64,000 nucleotides of DNA, taken from NCBI GenBank assembly GCA_005804885.1, contig SYOX01000269.1:9037-73036 (forward strand). Reading direction: 5' to 3'. Below are positions 18,462 to 27,469 of this stretch, in pieces. The stretch is from Pseudomonadota bacterium. GTDB taxonomy: Bacteria > Myxococcota_A > Bradymonadia > Bradymonadales > GCA-2716585. The notes under the pieces were generated by a model. The model was not told the DNA's origin. It was given only the letters and a program-made list of their open reading frames with translations, and ran no database searches. The position numbers and the translations under genes were made by a program. Position 1 is the stretch's first letter. Each line of letters begins with the position of its first letter.

Positions 18462-19643
18462 TCAGGCGGCTGCGGGGGCGGCGGCCTTCTTCTTCCGGGT
18501 GGCGGCGATGCCGAGGAAGACGAGGCCGATGATGCTGCCGAGGCTGCAGATGCACAGCGGGATGCCGATGAGCGGCCGGACGATGAGCCAGCTGATGGCG
18601 ATGGTGGTCAAGCCCAGGCCCAGGGTCAGCGCGGCGGAGAAGACGAAGGTGCCGGCGTTGAGCATGCTGCCGATGAAGGGGATGACGTCGGCGACGACGA
18701 CCAGCGGCTTGAAGATGAGCATGAAGCCGGAGAACATCAAGAAGAGGCCCAGGAAGCGCAGGATCCAGGTCAGCATGGCGACGCCGGCCTCGGCGGTGGC
18801 GAACATCTCGTCGGCGGTCTTCTTGCCGGCTTCGAGCAGCTCGACGGTGCGGCCATTGCTGGTCTTGAAGGGGACGAGCTCCGCGCTGTCCTGCTTCGCG
18901 ATGATGCTGACGGTGCCGGCCTTGATGACCTTGAACTTGATGCGGACGTCGCCGTTGTCGGGCTTGCCGGGGTCATTGCCGATGTAGAAGCCGCCGTTGC
19001 CGATCTCGAGGTCCTTGTAGTCGCCCTCGATCTTCTCGGCGTCCTCCTTGCCGACCTTGAGGTCCTCGCCGCCGCTGAACTTGTCGATGAGGCTGGGGCC
19101 GAGCTTGAAGGCGCCGAAGCTGACGTCCTTGGCCGTGAAGGTCTTGCTCTCGACGAAGTTGCCGTCGCTGTTGCCGTGCTTCTTCTTGACCTTGAAGTTG
19201 GAGGAGTCGACGGGGGCGCTGACCCACTTCTCCTTGTAGTTGTACTCGGTCGTGGTCTCCGATGACCCGCCGGTCTTCTTCTCGGTTTTTTCAGTCTTCT
19301 CTTCAACCCACTGGTAGATCTCGGTCTCTCGGACGAGCTTGACGGCGCCCTCGGCCGAGATCTTGAACTGGGGGTCTTCGACGGTGTCGTTGACCTTGGC
19401 CTCGGCGGTGGAGTGGATGAGCTTGTTGTCGTTGTTCTTGTCGAACTTGTCGGCGGAGACGGAGATGACGCTGCTGGCGCCCTCTTCGAGGGCCTTGTAC
19501 TCCTCGACCGCGTTGCACTCGTTGAGGAAGAGCATCGGGAAGGCGATGAGGACCAGGACGATGCCGGTCAGGACGCCCTTGATGGATTCTTTGAGTTGAG
19601 AGAAAAAGCCGACGGTCTTGGTCTCTGAATACGAATCGCTCAT
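18462..19643 (-). CDS. TMEM43 (DUF1625)-family membrane protein
   Basis: N-terminal TM with LFLNECNAVEE (wNEgr-like motif), a long Lys-rich extracytoplasmic domain (TEIYQWVEEK...) and C-terminal TM bundle. This is the same architecture as TMEM43/LUMA homologues. Confidence 0.7.
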   Translation of the reverse strand: MSDSYSETKTVGFFSQLKESIKGVLTGIVLVLIAFPMLFLNECNAVEEYKALEEGASSVISVSADKFDKNNDNKLIHSTAEAKVNDTVEDPQFKISAEGAVKLVRETEIYQWVEEKTEKTEKKTGGSSETTTEYNYKEKWVSAPVDSSNFKVKKKHGNSDGNFVESKTFTAKDVSFGAFKLGPSLIDKFSGGEDLKVGKEDAEKIEGDYKDLEIGNGGFYIGNDPGKPDNGDVRIKFKVIKAGTVSIIAKQDSAELVPFKTSNGRTVELLEAGKKTADEMFATAEAGVAMLTWILRFLGLFLMFSGFMLIFKPLVVVADVIPFIGSMLNAGTFVFSAALTLGLGLTTIAISWLIVRPLIGIPLCICSLGSIIGLVFLGIAATRKKKAAAPAAA

Positions 19644-19814
19644 GGTGGACCTTCGATGTGTTTGGAACCCTGCGGGGTCTGGGATTCAAGGTTTCAAGCG
19701 GATCGCGTCTGGAGCGTCCATGGGCGCTCCCCCGCACACGGCGCTTCCTGGTGGTCGTCCTTGGATACCCTCCAATGATTGTCGCGTCAATGATTGGTGC
19801 GTCTGTGGGGGGAG

Positions 19815-20225
19815 CTAGAGGCAGATCGACTTGCCGAGGGCGGCGTCGCAGTCGCGATCGGGGTCGGAGGCGCAGAAGTGGGCGCGGCACTCCTGGGAGT
19901 TGCCGGAGGTGGCCGGGGTGCCGGTCGAGGGGACCGCGCTGATCTCCAGCAGGCAGTTGTCGCGGGCCTCGATGTCGTCGCCGCCGTACTCGTCGTGGAA
20001 GGGATCGTGGCAGCTTCGCAGCATGCAGGTGCAGAAGTCGAGCTCCTGCTGGCTGAACTCTCCTTCGGGATCGGGGAGGTTGTCGTGGGGCTCGCCCTCG
20101 GGCTCGGGGCAGTCCTCGAGCCCGTGGTTGTTGGCCTCGGGGCAGACCTCCTGGCAGGCCTGGGCGGTCGTGATCGCCAGCGCGCTCGCGCCAGCGATCA
20201 GCGCCAAGAGGCTGTTTTTGTTCAT
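19815..20225 (-). CDS. Small secreted Cys-rich acidic protein, unknown function
   Basis: MNKNSLLALIAGASALAITTAQA signal peptide and 10 Cys in about 115 mature residues. Sits 18 nt downstream of the cytochrome gene on the same strand. Confidence 0.5.
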   Translation of the reverse strand: MNKNSLLALIAGASALAITTAQACQEVCPEANNHGLEDCPEPEGEPHDNLPDPEGEFSQQELDFCTCMLRSCHDPFHDEYGGDDIEARDNCLLEISAVPSTGTPATSGNSQECRAHFCASDPDRDCDAALGKSICL

Positions 20226-20242
20226 TTTTATCCTTGTTGCCG

Positions 20243-21199
20243 TCATTGTATGAGCGTGGGGTCCTGGGCCAGCGGCATGCAAGGGGCGACCATGACGGCC
20301 CAGACGAGGAAGTCGCGGTAGCTCTTGTCGTTGGGGCCTTGGAACTTGTCGCCGCCCTCGTGGTAGACGCCGCCCTGGGATTCCCAGAGGGGCTTGAGCA
20401 GCAGGAGGCTCTGTCCGGGCCGATCGGGGTTGATGAGGCCCCGGTTGAGGACATTGCGCATGGTGCGCAGCGAGCCGTCCATGTCGGCCTCGAAGAGCAG
20501 GCTGTGATCCATCCAGTGGGGAGGGGGAGGCTCGCCGATGTCGGCCAGCGCGCCGCCGGGGCTGTGGCAGTGGGCGCAGCGGTTGCGCCAGGGTGTGACG
20601 AGCAGGTGGAAGGCCAGGGCCATGTCTCGCTCGGTGCAGGTGAGCTGTCTGGAGCGTAGCAGATCCCGACCGCGGGCCATCTCATCGGGGTCGAGGCCGC
20701 ACTCCAGCAGGTCGTCGGTGCTGCAGGCGATCTCTTGCCTGGGGAGGCCGCAGGGGTCCTTGATGGTGCCGCAGTTCTGAAGGTGGCACTGCTGGCTGTA
20801 GGTGATCCATTCGGAGAAGGCCTCCAGCTCGCGGTGGGCCGGCGAGATGGCCTCGGGGTCGTCGGGCAGGCCGCGCCGGATCCAGTCCAGGACGAGGCTG
20901 CGCTCGGGCCGCTCCAGGTCCACGACGCCCTGGGCCTCCATGCAGGCGATGGCCTCGCAGGGGGTCTTGCCCTCGACGAAGGCGCTCAGGCGGGTGCCGG
21001 CCAGGTGGCAGGCCTGACAGCTGGCCTCGTGGCCTTTGATCAGCGGGGCGATCTGCTGCTCAAAGAGGAGCAGGCCGTCGTCGGGGTCGCAGGCCGAGGG
21101 CTCGGCGAGCTGCTCGACGGTCGCCTCGGGCAGCTGGGGATCGCAGGCGCCGACGGTCAGGGTGGTGAGGGTGATCAGGATGGTCAGTGCGGCTCTCAT
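20243..21199 (-). CDS. Di-heme c-type cytochrome-domain lipoprotein
   Basis: Signal plus lipobox (LTTLTVGAC). Two CxxCH haem-binding motifs (CQACH, CAHCH), each preceded by a planctomycete-type cytochrome-like context (FEQQIAPLIKG...C; CHSPGG). The ATG at 21199 lies inside the longer ORF. Confidence 0.65.
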   Translation of the reverse strand: MRAALTILITLTTLTVGACDPQLPEATVEQLAEPSACDPDDGLLLFEQQIAPLIKGHEASCQACHLAGTRLSAFVEGKTPCEAIACMEAQGVVDLERPERSLVLDWIRRGLPDDPEAISPAHRELEAFSEWITYSQQCHLQNCGTIKDPCGLPRQEIACSTDDLLECGLDPDEMARGRDLLRSRQLTCTERDMALAFHLLVTPWRNRCAHCHSPGGALADIGEPPPPHWMDHSLLFEADMDGSLRTMRNVLNRGLINPDRPGQSLLLLKPLWESQGGVYHEGGDKFQGPNDKSYRDFLVWAVMVAPCMPLAQDPTLIQ

Positions 21200-21879
21200 C
21201 GGCTCTGGTTTATAGGGATTTGTCGGGGGGAGGGCAAGGAGGCCGTAGCGTCGGGCGTCGCGGTCGGTGGCGGCGATGGGCGTCGCGCGAGGCGGATCGT
21301 GGCTCGGGGACAGGGGGAGGGTCGGCAGTGCGCTCTTCGCCACCCTCTGTCGTGCTGGACAGTACAGCGGGAGGGTTGTGCAGATGATTGGACTGTCCAG
21401 CGTCGTGAGTGGAGAGCGTGAGCGATTCGGGAGGCCGTCGTGGCGGGCCGCGCTTCAATTTGTCCGGGTCTGGTATGGTCGTTGCTTTTGTCGGCACGGG
21501 TCGAGGGCGCAGGCGAGGAGGGCCGGAAGGGGCTGTCCTTGTGCTTCACGTCATCGCAGGCTCTGTCTTGGCGCTTGCCTCCGCAGGCATGAGGGACCAC
21601 GCCGCAAAAACATTACCGATGCTTCTGGCATTGGTTTGCAACCCGAGAAGAGCCCGCAATGCCTTGAAGCCCGCCGCCTCCCCGGCGGCGGGCCCGCCCC
21701 TTGACCCTCCTCACCTTCCTCTGCTGAATCGCCGCCTGTCGTTCCTCGTGGGTCCTGCCGTGCCCGGCGCGGGCGCCCCTCGTCGGGGTCGCTGATCGCC
21801 TTGGGGCGGTTGCGGCCTGTGGCCGGGCCATGTAGATTCGCCTCGAACGCACACGAGACGCGAGGGCATCGAGGGGAGC

Positions 21880-24800
21880 ATGAGCGGCATCAAGAAGATC
21901 CGGTTCGGGAGCGCGCCCGACAACGACGTGGTCATCGACAAGCCCGGCGTGGCGCCCCACCACGCGGAGGTGAGCTGGGACGGTCGGGCGTTGATGCTCC
22001 GGGATCTGGCCTCGGGGGCCGGCACGACCCTCAACGGCCAGCCCGTCCAGACCCTCCAGGTGCGCGTCGGCGACATCGTCGGCCTCGGCGGCCACGCCTT
22101 CAAGCTGTCGACGGCGCACCTGCCCGGGATCGAGACCTCGCCGGGGGTGTCGCTGCCGATGGCGCCGGGCACGGCGGCGCTGCCCCAGATCGGGAGGGCG
22201 GTCGAGCCGCCGGGTGCCCCGGCCAGAAAGACGATGTTCGAGAGCGCCGAGCAGATCAGCCAGTCCCTGCCCTCGCAGGGATCCGGGGAGGCCGCCAGGG
22301 CCTCGGCCAGGAAGACGATGCTCCAGCCCTTCGACGTGGAAGCGACGGGCGCCCCCGGCAAGCGGACGATGCCCCTGGAGCCCGGGGGCGACGAGGCGAG
22401 CAAGCGGACGATGCCCCTGGAGTCCGGCAGGGGCGACACGGCGGGCAAGCGGACGATGCTCCAGCCGGTCGACGCCGCAGACCTGGGGCTGGGCGGCGGG
22501 GCCGGGGAGGCTCGCCGGACGGTGATGCAGTCGGTCGAGGATCTGGACCTGAGCGCGCTGGGGGCGAGCAAGGCGGCCGCGGGGGGCTTCTCGGTGGTGG
22601 TGATCCCGCCGGGGTCGGTGTCGATCAGCGTCGGCTACGACGGCGGCAACGACGTGGTGATCCCGGTGGCGCAGGTGGCCGCGACGCACTGCCGGCTGTG
22701 GAGGGGCGCGGGGATCCTGGTCATCGACGATCTGGGCTCGTCGGCGGGGACCTTCGTCAACGGCGAGCGGGTGGACAGGGCGGTGGTCACGCCGGAGGAT
22801 CGGATCGAGCTGGGGACCTACCGGCTGGTGCTCTCCGAGGCGGTCCTGGCGCACTTCGAGGGCAAGCGGCCGGGGGAGGATCGCCACGGCCAGTCGATGG
22901 CGCCCTCCGGCGCCAAGCGCCGCTTCAAGATCGGCCGCGACCCCGAGCCGGGCGTCAACGACATCGTCATCGACGCGCCGATGGTCTCCAACGAGCATTG
23001 CGAGCTGAACTTTGACGGCCACAACTGGCACGTGCGCGACCTGGGGTCGACCAACGGGACCTTCGTCAACACGACCCAGCGGCGGGTGAGCGCCTCGATC
23101 GTGACGCCCTCGGACGTGCTCTTCTTCGGCACCTACCGCTTCCCGGCCGCGCGGCTGCGGGACTACCTCGAGGACGCCTCGGGCCACAAGGCCAACGAGC
23201 TGTCCATGCCCGAGGGCAAGGCGGTGATGATCGTGGGCCGCGACGAGGGCTGCGACATCACGATCGACGCCCCGCAGGTCTCTCGCCGCCACGCGCGCCT
23301 GCGTCGGGGCGCCGGGGGCCTGACGATCGAGGATCTGGGCTCGGCCAACGGCACCTTCGTCAACGGCCACAAGGTCACGAGGCCGACGCCCATCGGCCCG
23401 AACGACGAGGTGGGGCTGGGCAGCTACCAGCTCAGGTTCGATCTGGCCACGGGCACCGTCGCCAGCACCTACAAGGGCGACATCATGCTGCAGGCCAGCG
23501 AGGTGACCATCAAGGTCGACCGCGGCCGCAAGACCATCCTGCACGGGGTCTCGTTCACGGTCTACCCGACCGAGTTCGTCGGCCTGATGGGGCCCTCGGG
23601 GGCGGGCAAGACCACCTTGATGATGGCGCTCAACGGCTACCTGCCGCCGAGCAGCGGGCAGTCCCTGATCAACGGCCAGGAGCTCTACGCCAACTACGAC
23701 GCCTTCCGGGGCAACATCGGCTATGTGCCCCAGGATGACATCATCCACTCGGAGCTGACCGTCTGGGAGGCGCTCTTCTACACGGCCTTGCTGCGGCTGC
23801 CGCCGGACACGACGCGCAAGGAGATCGGGCAGATCATCGAGGGGGTGCTGGAGCAGCTGGAGATCACGCAGACGAAGGACGTCCTGATCGGCTCGCCGGC
23901 CAAGAAGGGGATCTCGGGTGGCCAGCGCAAGCGGGTCAACCTCGCCCAGGAGCTCATCACGCGCCCGAGCCTGCTCTTTCTGGACGAGCCGACCTCGGGG
24001 CTGGCCAGCGAAGACACGATCAACGTCATGAAGCTGCTGCGGCGGCTGGCCGACGACGGCCGGACGATCCTGCTGACCATCCACCAGCCCTCGCTGGAGG
24101 CCTACCGGACGATGGACAACATCGTCTACCTGGCCGACGGCCACCTGGTCTATTACGGCCCGAGCTTCCCGGACTCGATCACCTTCTTCAACCCGGGCGT
24201 CGAGCAGGGCACGCCGGAGGGCGATCTGATCCTGTCCGACCCCGGCAATGCGCTCAAGCCGCTGGCCGAGGACAAGCGCAAGCGGCGCGACATGTCCGAG
24301 CGGGCCAGGGCCTACGCGCAGTCGACCTACCACAGCGAGTACGTGGTGCGCCGTCGGGAGTCGGGGGCCTCGGCCGTGGCGCTCTCGGCGGGGTCCAAGA
24401 AGAAGACCTCGCGGCGCTTCGGTCTGGGGCAGTGGTGGGTGCTGACGCGGCGCTACTTCACGATCAAGCGCAAGGACGTGGCCAACACGCTCATCCTCTT
24501 CATCCAGGCGCCGGTCATCGCGGGGATCATCGCCGGGGTCTTCTCGGGCAAGACCGACGACGTCTTTGACAAGATCGCCTACACGCCCATGGCGCTCTTC
24601 TTGATGGCCATCTCGGCGATCTGGTTCGGGTGCTCGAACTCGGCGCGCGAGATCGTCGGGGAGCTGGCCATCTACCGCCGCGAGCGCATGGTCAACCTCA
24701 AGATCCCGAGCTACATCATGAGCAAGTTCACGGTGTTGGGCTTCATCTGCGCGCTCCAGTGCGCGATGCTGCTGGGGATCGTGGACCTCTTTCTGGGCTT

Positions 24801-25308
24801 CGGGGCGGTCTGGGGGTGGCTGTACTTCTTCCTGGTGCTGTGCTCGCTGGCGGGGGTGGGCATGGGGCTTTTGCTCTCGGCGCTGGTGGCCACGCCCGAG
24901 GCGGCCATTGCGCTGGTGCCGCTGCTCTTGATCCCCCAGGTCATCCTCGGCGGGCTGATCATGCCGATCGGGGACATGAAGTCCTCGGTGATGAAGGGGC
25001 TGACGGTGCCGATGGTGGCCCGCTGGGGATTCGAGGGGATGCTGCACGCCGAGACCTACCCGGGGACCTTCCGGATCTCGGACATCAAGAAGGAGCTCAA
25101 GGAGCAGGAGATCTTCGATGAGCTTGAGGACAAGCGGTGCATCGGGGAGTTCAAGTACGAGGAGCCGGACAAGCCGGTCGAGAAGTACTTCCCGGATCAC
25201 AAGGCGACGAAGAGCGAGGTTGGCGACATCGGGGTGTTGCTGGGCTTCAACCTGATGCTCTTGCTGGGGATCGTGGTGGTGATGAAGGTGCGCGATCCGG
25301 AGTCTTGA
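21880..25308 (+). CDS. Fused FHA(x4) - ABC ATPase - ABC-2 permease transporter (Rv1747/ABCG-like architecture)
   Basis: Four FHA cores (for example IGRDPEPGVNDIVIDAPMVSNEHCEL...LGSTNGTFVN). Walker A GPSGAGKTTL, signature ISGGQRKRV, Walker B LLFLDEPTSGL, and six C-terminal TM segments. Confidence 0.9.
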   Translation: MSGIKKIRFGSAPDNDVVIDKPGVAPHHAEVSWDGRALMLRDLASGAGTTLNGQPVQTLQVRVGDIVGLGGHAFKLSTAHLPGIETSPGVSLPMAPGTAALPQIGRAVEPPGAPARKTMFESAEQISQSLPSQGSGEAARASARKTMLQPFDVEATGAPGKRTMPLEPGGDEASKRTMPLESGRGDTAGKRTMLQPVDAADLGLGGGAGEARRTVMQSVEDLDLSALGASKAAAGGFSVVVIPPGSVSISVGYDGGNDVVIPVAQVAATHCRLWRGAGILVIDDLGSSAGTFVNGERVDRAVVTPEDRIELGTYRLVLSEAVLAHFEGKRPGEDRHGQSMAPSGAKRRFKIGRDPEPGVNDIVIDAPMVSNEHCELNFDGHNWHVRDLGSTNGTFVNTTQRRVSASIVTPSDVLFFGTYRFPAARLRDYLEDASGHKANELSMPEGKAVMIVGRDEGCDITIDAPQVSRRHARLRRGAGGLTIEDLGSANGTFVNGHKVTRPTPIGPNDEVGLGSYQLRFDLATGTVASTYKGDIMLQASEVTIKVDRGRKTILHGVSFTVYPTEFVGLMGPSGAGKTTLMMALNGYLPPSSGQSLINGQELYANYDAFRGNIGYVPQDDIIHSELTVWEALFYTALLRLPPDTTRKEIGQIIEGVLEQLEITQTKDVLIGSPAKKGISGGQRKRVNLAQELITRPSLLFLDEPTSGLASEDTINVMKLLRRLADDGRTILLTIHQPSLEAYRTMDNIVYLADGHLVYYGPSFPDSITFFNPGVEQGTPEGDLILSDPGNALKPLAEDKRKRRDMSERARAYAQSTYHSEYVVRRRESGASAVALSAGSKKKTSRRFGLGQWWVLTRRYFTIKRKDVANTLILFIQAPVIAGIIAGVFSGKTDDVFDKIAYTPMALFLMAISAIWFGCSNSAREIVGELAIYRRERMVNLKIPSYIMSKFTVLGFICALQCAMLLGIVDLFLGFGAVWGWLYFFLVLCSLAGVGMGLLLSALVATPEAAIALVPLLLIPQVILGGLIMPIGDMKSSVMKGLTVPMVARWGFEGMLHAETYPGTFRISDIKKELKEQEIFDELEDKRCIGEFKYEEPDKPVEKYFPDHKATKSEVGDIGVLLGFNLMLLLGIVVVMKVRDPES

Positions 25309-25317
25309 GCGGGGGGA

Positions 25318-25818
25318 TCAGGAGCGCACGCCGATGGTGAAGAAGATGTGCGCGCCGTCGAAGGTGGCGTTGCTCAGGTGGACGCGGACGACGTGGACGC
25401 CGCTGCGCGCGGGCCGAAAGACGATGGACTGGAAGGGCTTGGCGTTGTCGAAGGTGTTGACGTACTCGAAGCCGCCGCCGACCCTGGGGGCGAAGAGGGA
25501 GATGTCGACGTCGAAGGCGTCGAAGCAGCCGCTGGCGAAGATGTCGTGGGTGACGCCGGGCGAGAGGAAGACGAAGAAGTCTCGGAAGCCGCCGTACTCG
25601 GAGATGGAGAAGTTCTGGGTGTAGAAGTTCGAGCCCTGGCGGGCGAGGCGCTCGACGACGGCGTCGGCCTTGCGGCGCGCCTGGATCTCGGTGGCCTGGG
25701 CCTGCCAGGTGGGGGCCAGGGTCATGGCGAGCAGGGCGGTGGCGGCCAGGGCGTGCTGGCCGGCGGTCTTCAGTCGCCGAGGTCGAGTGTCGGTGATCAT
25801 CGCTTCGTCCTTCATCAA
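25318..25818 (-). CDS. Secreted hypothetical protein (possible Tat signal)
   Basis: RPRRLKTAGQHALAATALLAMTLAPTWQAQA leader followed by a beta-rich roughly 120-aa domain. No family recognised. Confidence 0.5.
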   Translation of the reverse strand: MMKDEAMITDTRPRRLKTAGQHALAATALLAMTLAPTWQAQATEIQARRKADAVVERLARQGSNFYTQNFSISEYGGFRDFFVFLSPGVTHDIFASGCFDAFDVDISLFAPRVGGGFEYVNTFDNAKPFQSIVFRPARSGVHVVRVHLSNATFDGAHIFFTIGVRS

Positions 25819-25875
25819 GCGCGCCGCTGAGCGGCGCGGGGCCGGCGGCCTGGCGTTTCGGGTTGAGGCGGGGCC

Positions 25876-26757
25876 TCAGTCTTCGAGGAGCTTCTCGCGG
25901 GTCTTTTGAGCCAGCTCGTGGATCTCCTTGGCCATCTCCTCGGTGACGGGCTTGTCGGCCTCGACGTCCATGATCTTCTGCATCTTGCCCAGGTTCTTGA
26001 GGATGATCTCGACGTGCTTGTCGTTGCCGTCGAGGGTCTTCTCGGTGGAGCGCTTGATCTCCTTGATGAGGTCGCCCTGTCGCAGCAGCTCGGCGCGCTC
26101 CTTGGAGTAGTCGTCGACGATGAGGCGCGCGCCGAGGTTTGCGCCTTCGAGGTAGGCGCCGAGGCTGATGAGGATGGCCAGATCGGGCTTCTTCTGGGTC
26201 CTGATGAGGTCGTTCTGCAGCTCGGTGTTCATGTCCAGGAAGTCCTGACGCAGCTCGGCCCACTCCCCCTTCTTGAGGCGCTTCTTGACCTGCTTGACCT
26301 CCTTGTCGGGGGTCTTGATCTTGAGCGCCTCGGCCATCTTGAGCATGTCGTCGAGGGCTTTTTCGGCCTTGTCGGCGTCCTTGGCGTGGACGTGGACGAA
26401 GAAGTGGGCCAGGACCAGGCCGGAGACGATGGCGGTCTGGGTCTTGGAGTCGAAGGTGATCTTCTCCAGCGGGACGACGAGGTCATCCCACTTCGGCTTG
26501 CCGAGGATGGCCATGACGGTCAGGAACTGATCCGGGGAGGGCATCACGACGGTGGCCTTGTCGCGGATGTCCTTGATGTCGAGCTCCTTGGGGACGTTCT
26601 CGGGGCTCCTGGCGCCCTCGTCGGCTTGCTTGCCCTCGGGCTTCTTGTCGCCCTCGGCGCTGCCTTTGGAGCTGGAGTCGCCGCTGGGGCAGCCGGCGGT
26701 CAGGGCCACCGCGAGGATGGTCAGCGCGGCGATGAGCCATCGGGTTGTCGTGTTCAT
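25876..26757 (-). CDS. Lipoprotein, helical and Lys/Glu-rich, unknown function
   Basis: MNTTTRWLIAALTILAVALTAGC lipobox. The ATG at 26757 lies inside ORF 25876..26826. Confidence 0.6.
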   Translation of the reverse strand: MNTTTRWLIAALTILAVALTAGCPSGDSSSKGSAEGDKKPEGKQADEGARSPENVPKELDIKDIRDKATVVMPSPDQFLTVMAILGKPKWDDLVVPLEKITFDSKTQTAIVSGLVLAHFFVHVHAKDADKAEKALDDMLKMAEALKIKTPDKEVKQVKKRLKKGEWAELRQDFLDMNTELQNDLIRTQKKPDLAILISLGAYLEGANLGARLIVDDYSKERAELLRQGDLIKEIKRSTEKTLDGNDKHVEIILKNLGKMQKIMDVEADKPVTEEMAKEIHELAQKTREKLLED

Positions 26758-26921
26758 GTGGATTCCTGTTGCGGTTGCGCAAGGGTCGGAGGTCAGCATC
26801 TCGGGCGTCGCGCAGGTGGGGGCCACTGTACAAGGGTGAGGCCGGGAGCGTCAACAGTGCGGGTTGAGACCGCGCCTTGAGGCGGCGAGATCGGCGCCCC
26901 CGTGATCGGCGGTCGCCTTTG

Positions 26922-27437
26922 ATGAAGGCGCGCGCGCGTGTTAGGGTCGTGCCGCAGAAGACAGCGACGCCGAGGCGTCAGGGCGGGAGCGGGATCTTGT
27001 CCACCAGGATCGAACATCTCAAGGGACGTATTCGCGAATCGGGGCTGCGGAGCACCTCGCCGCGCGTGGCCGTCCTGGGTCACCTTGAGGAGCGCGACTC
27101 GCCCGGCTCGCACGCCGAGGTGGCCGAGGCGCTCAGCGCCCTTGGCTTTGATCGGGCGACGATCTACCGCAACTTGATGGACCTGACCCAGGCGGGCCTG
27201 CTGGCCCGGATCAGCCTGGGCGAGAACGTCTGGCGCTTCGAGGTTCGCAATGCCATCAAGATGGGCGAGGGGGCCGAGCACCCGCACTTCGTGTGCGTGG
27301 ACTGCGGGCTGGTCTCCTGCCTGGAGGGCTACTCGGTCGATCTCAAGCCCAGCGCGCTTGAGACCGGCCACCCGTCCGTGTCGAGCATCCACGAGATCCT
27401 GATCAGGGGGGTCTGCATAGCGTGCGAGGCCCCCTGA
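26922..27437 (+). CDS. Fur-family transcriptional regulator (start uncertain; TTG at 26997 also possible)
   Basis: LRSTSPRVAVLGHLEERDSPGSHAEVAEAL...ATIYRNLMDLTQAGLL (winged helix), then HPHFVCVDCG...C and a C-terminal CIAC metal sites. Confidence 0.8.
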   Translation: MKARARVRVVPQKTATPRRQGGSGILSTRIEHLKGRIRESGLRSTSPRVAVLGHLEERDSPGSHAEVAEALSALGFDRATIYRNLMDLTQAGLLARISLGENVWRFEVRNAIKMGEGAEHPHFVCVDCGLVSCLEGYSVDLKPSALETGHPSVSSIHEILIRGVCIACEAP

Positions 27438-27469
27438 GGCACCACCCCAACCGCGAGTGAAGACAAGCC

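Noticed and set aside
21613-25200. 1195-aa minus-strand ORF
   Set aside because: It is antisense to the FHA-ABC transporter, which has Walker A/B and signature motifs. The ORF itself has no motifs and an Arg/Pro/His-rich artefact composition.
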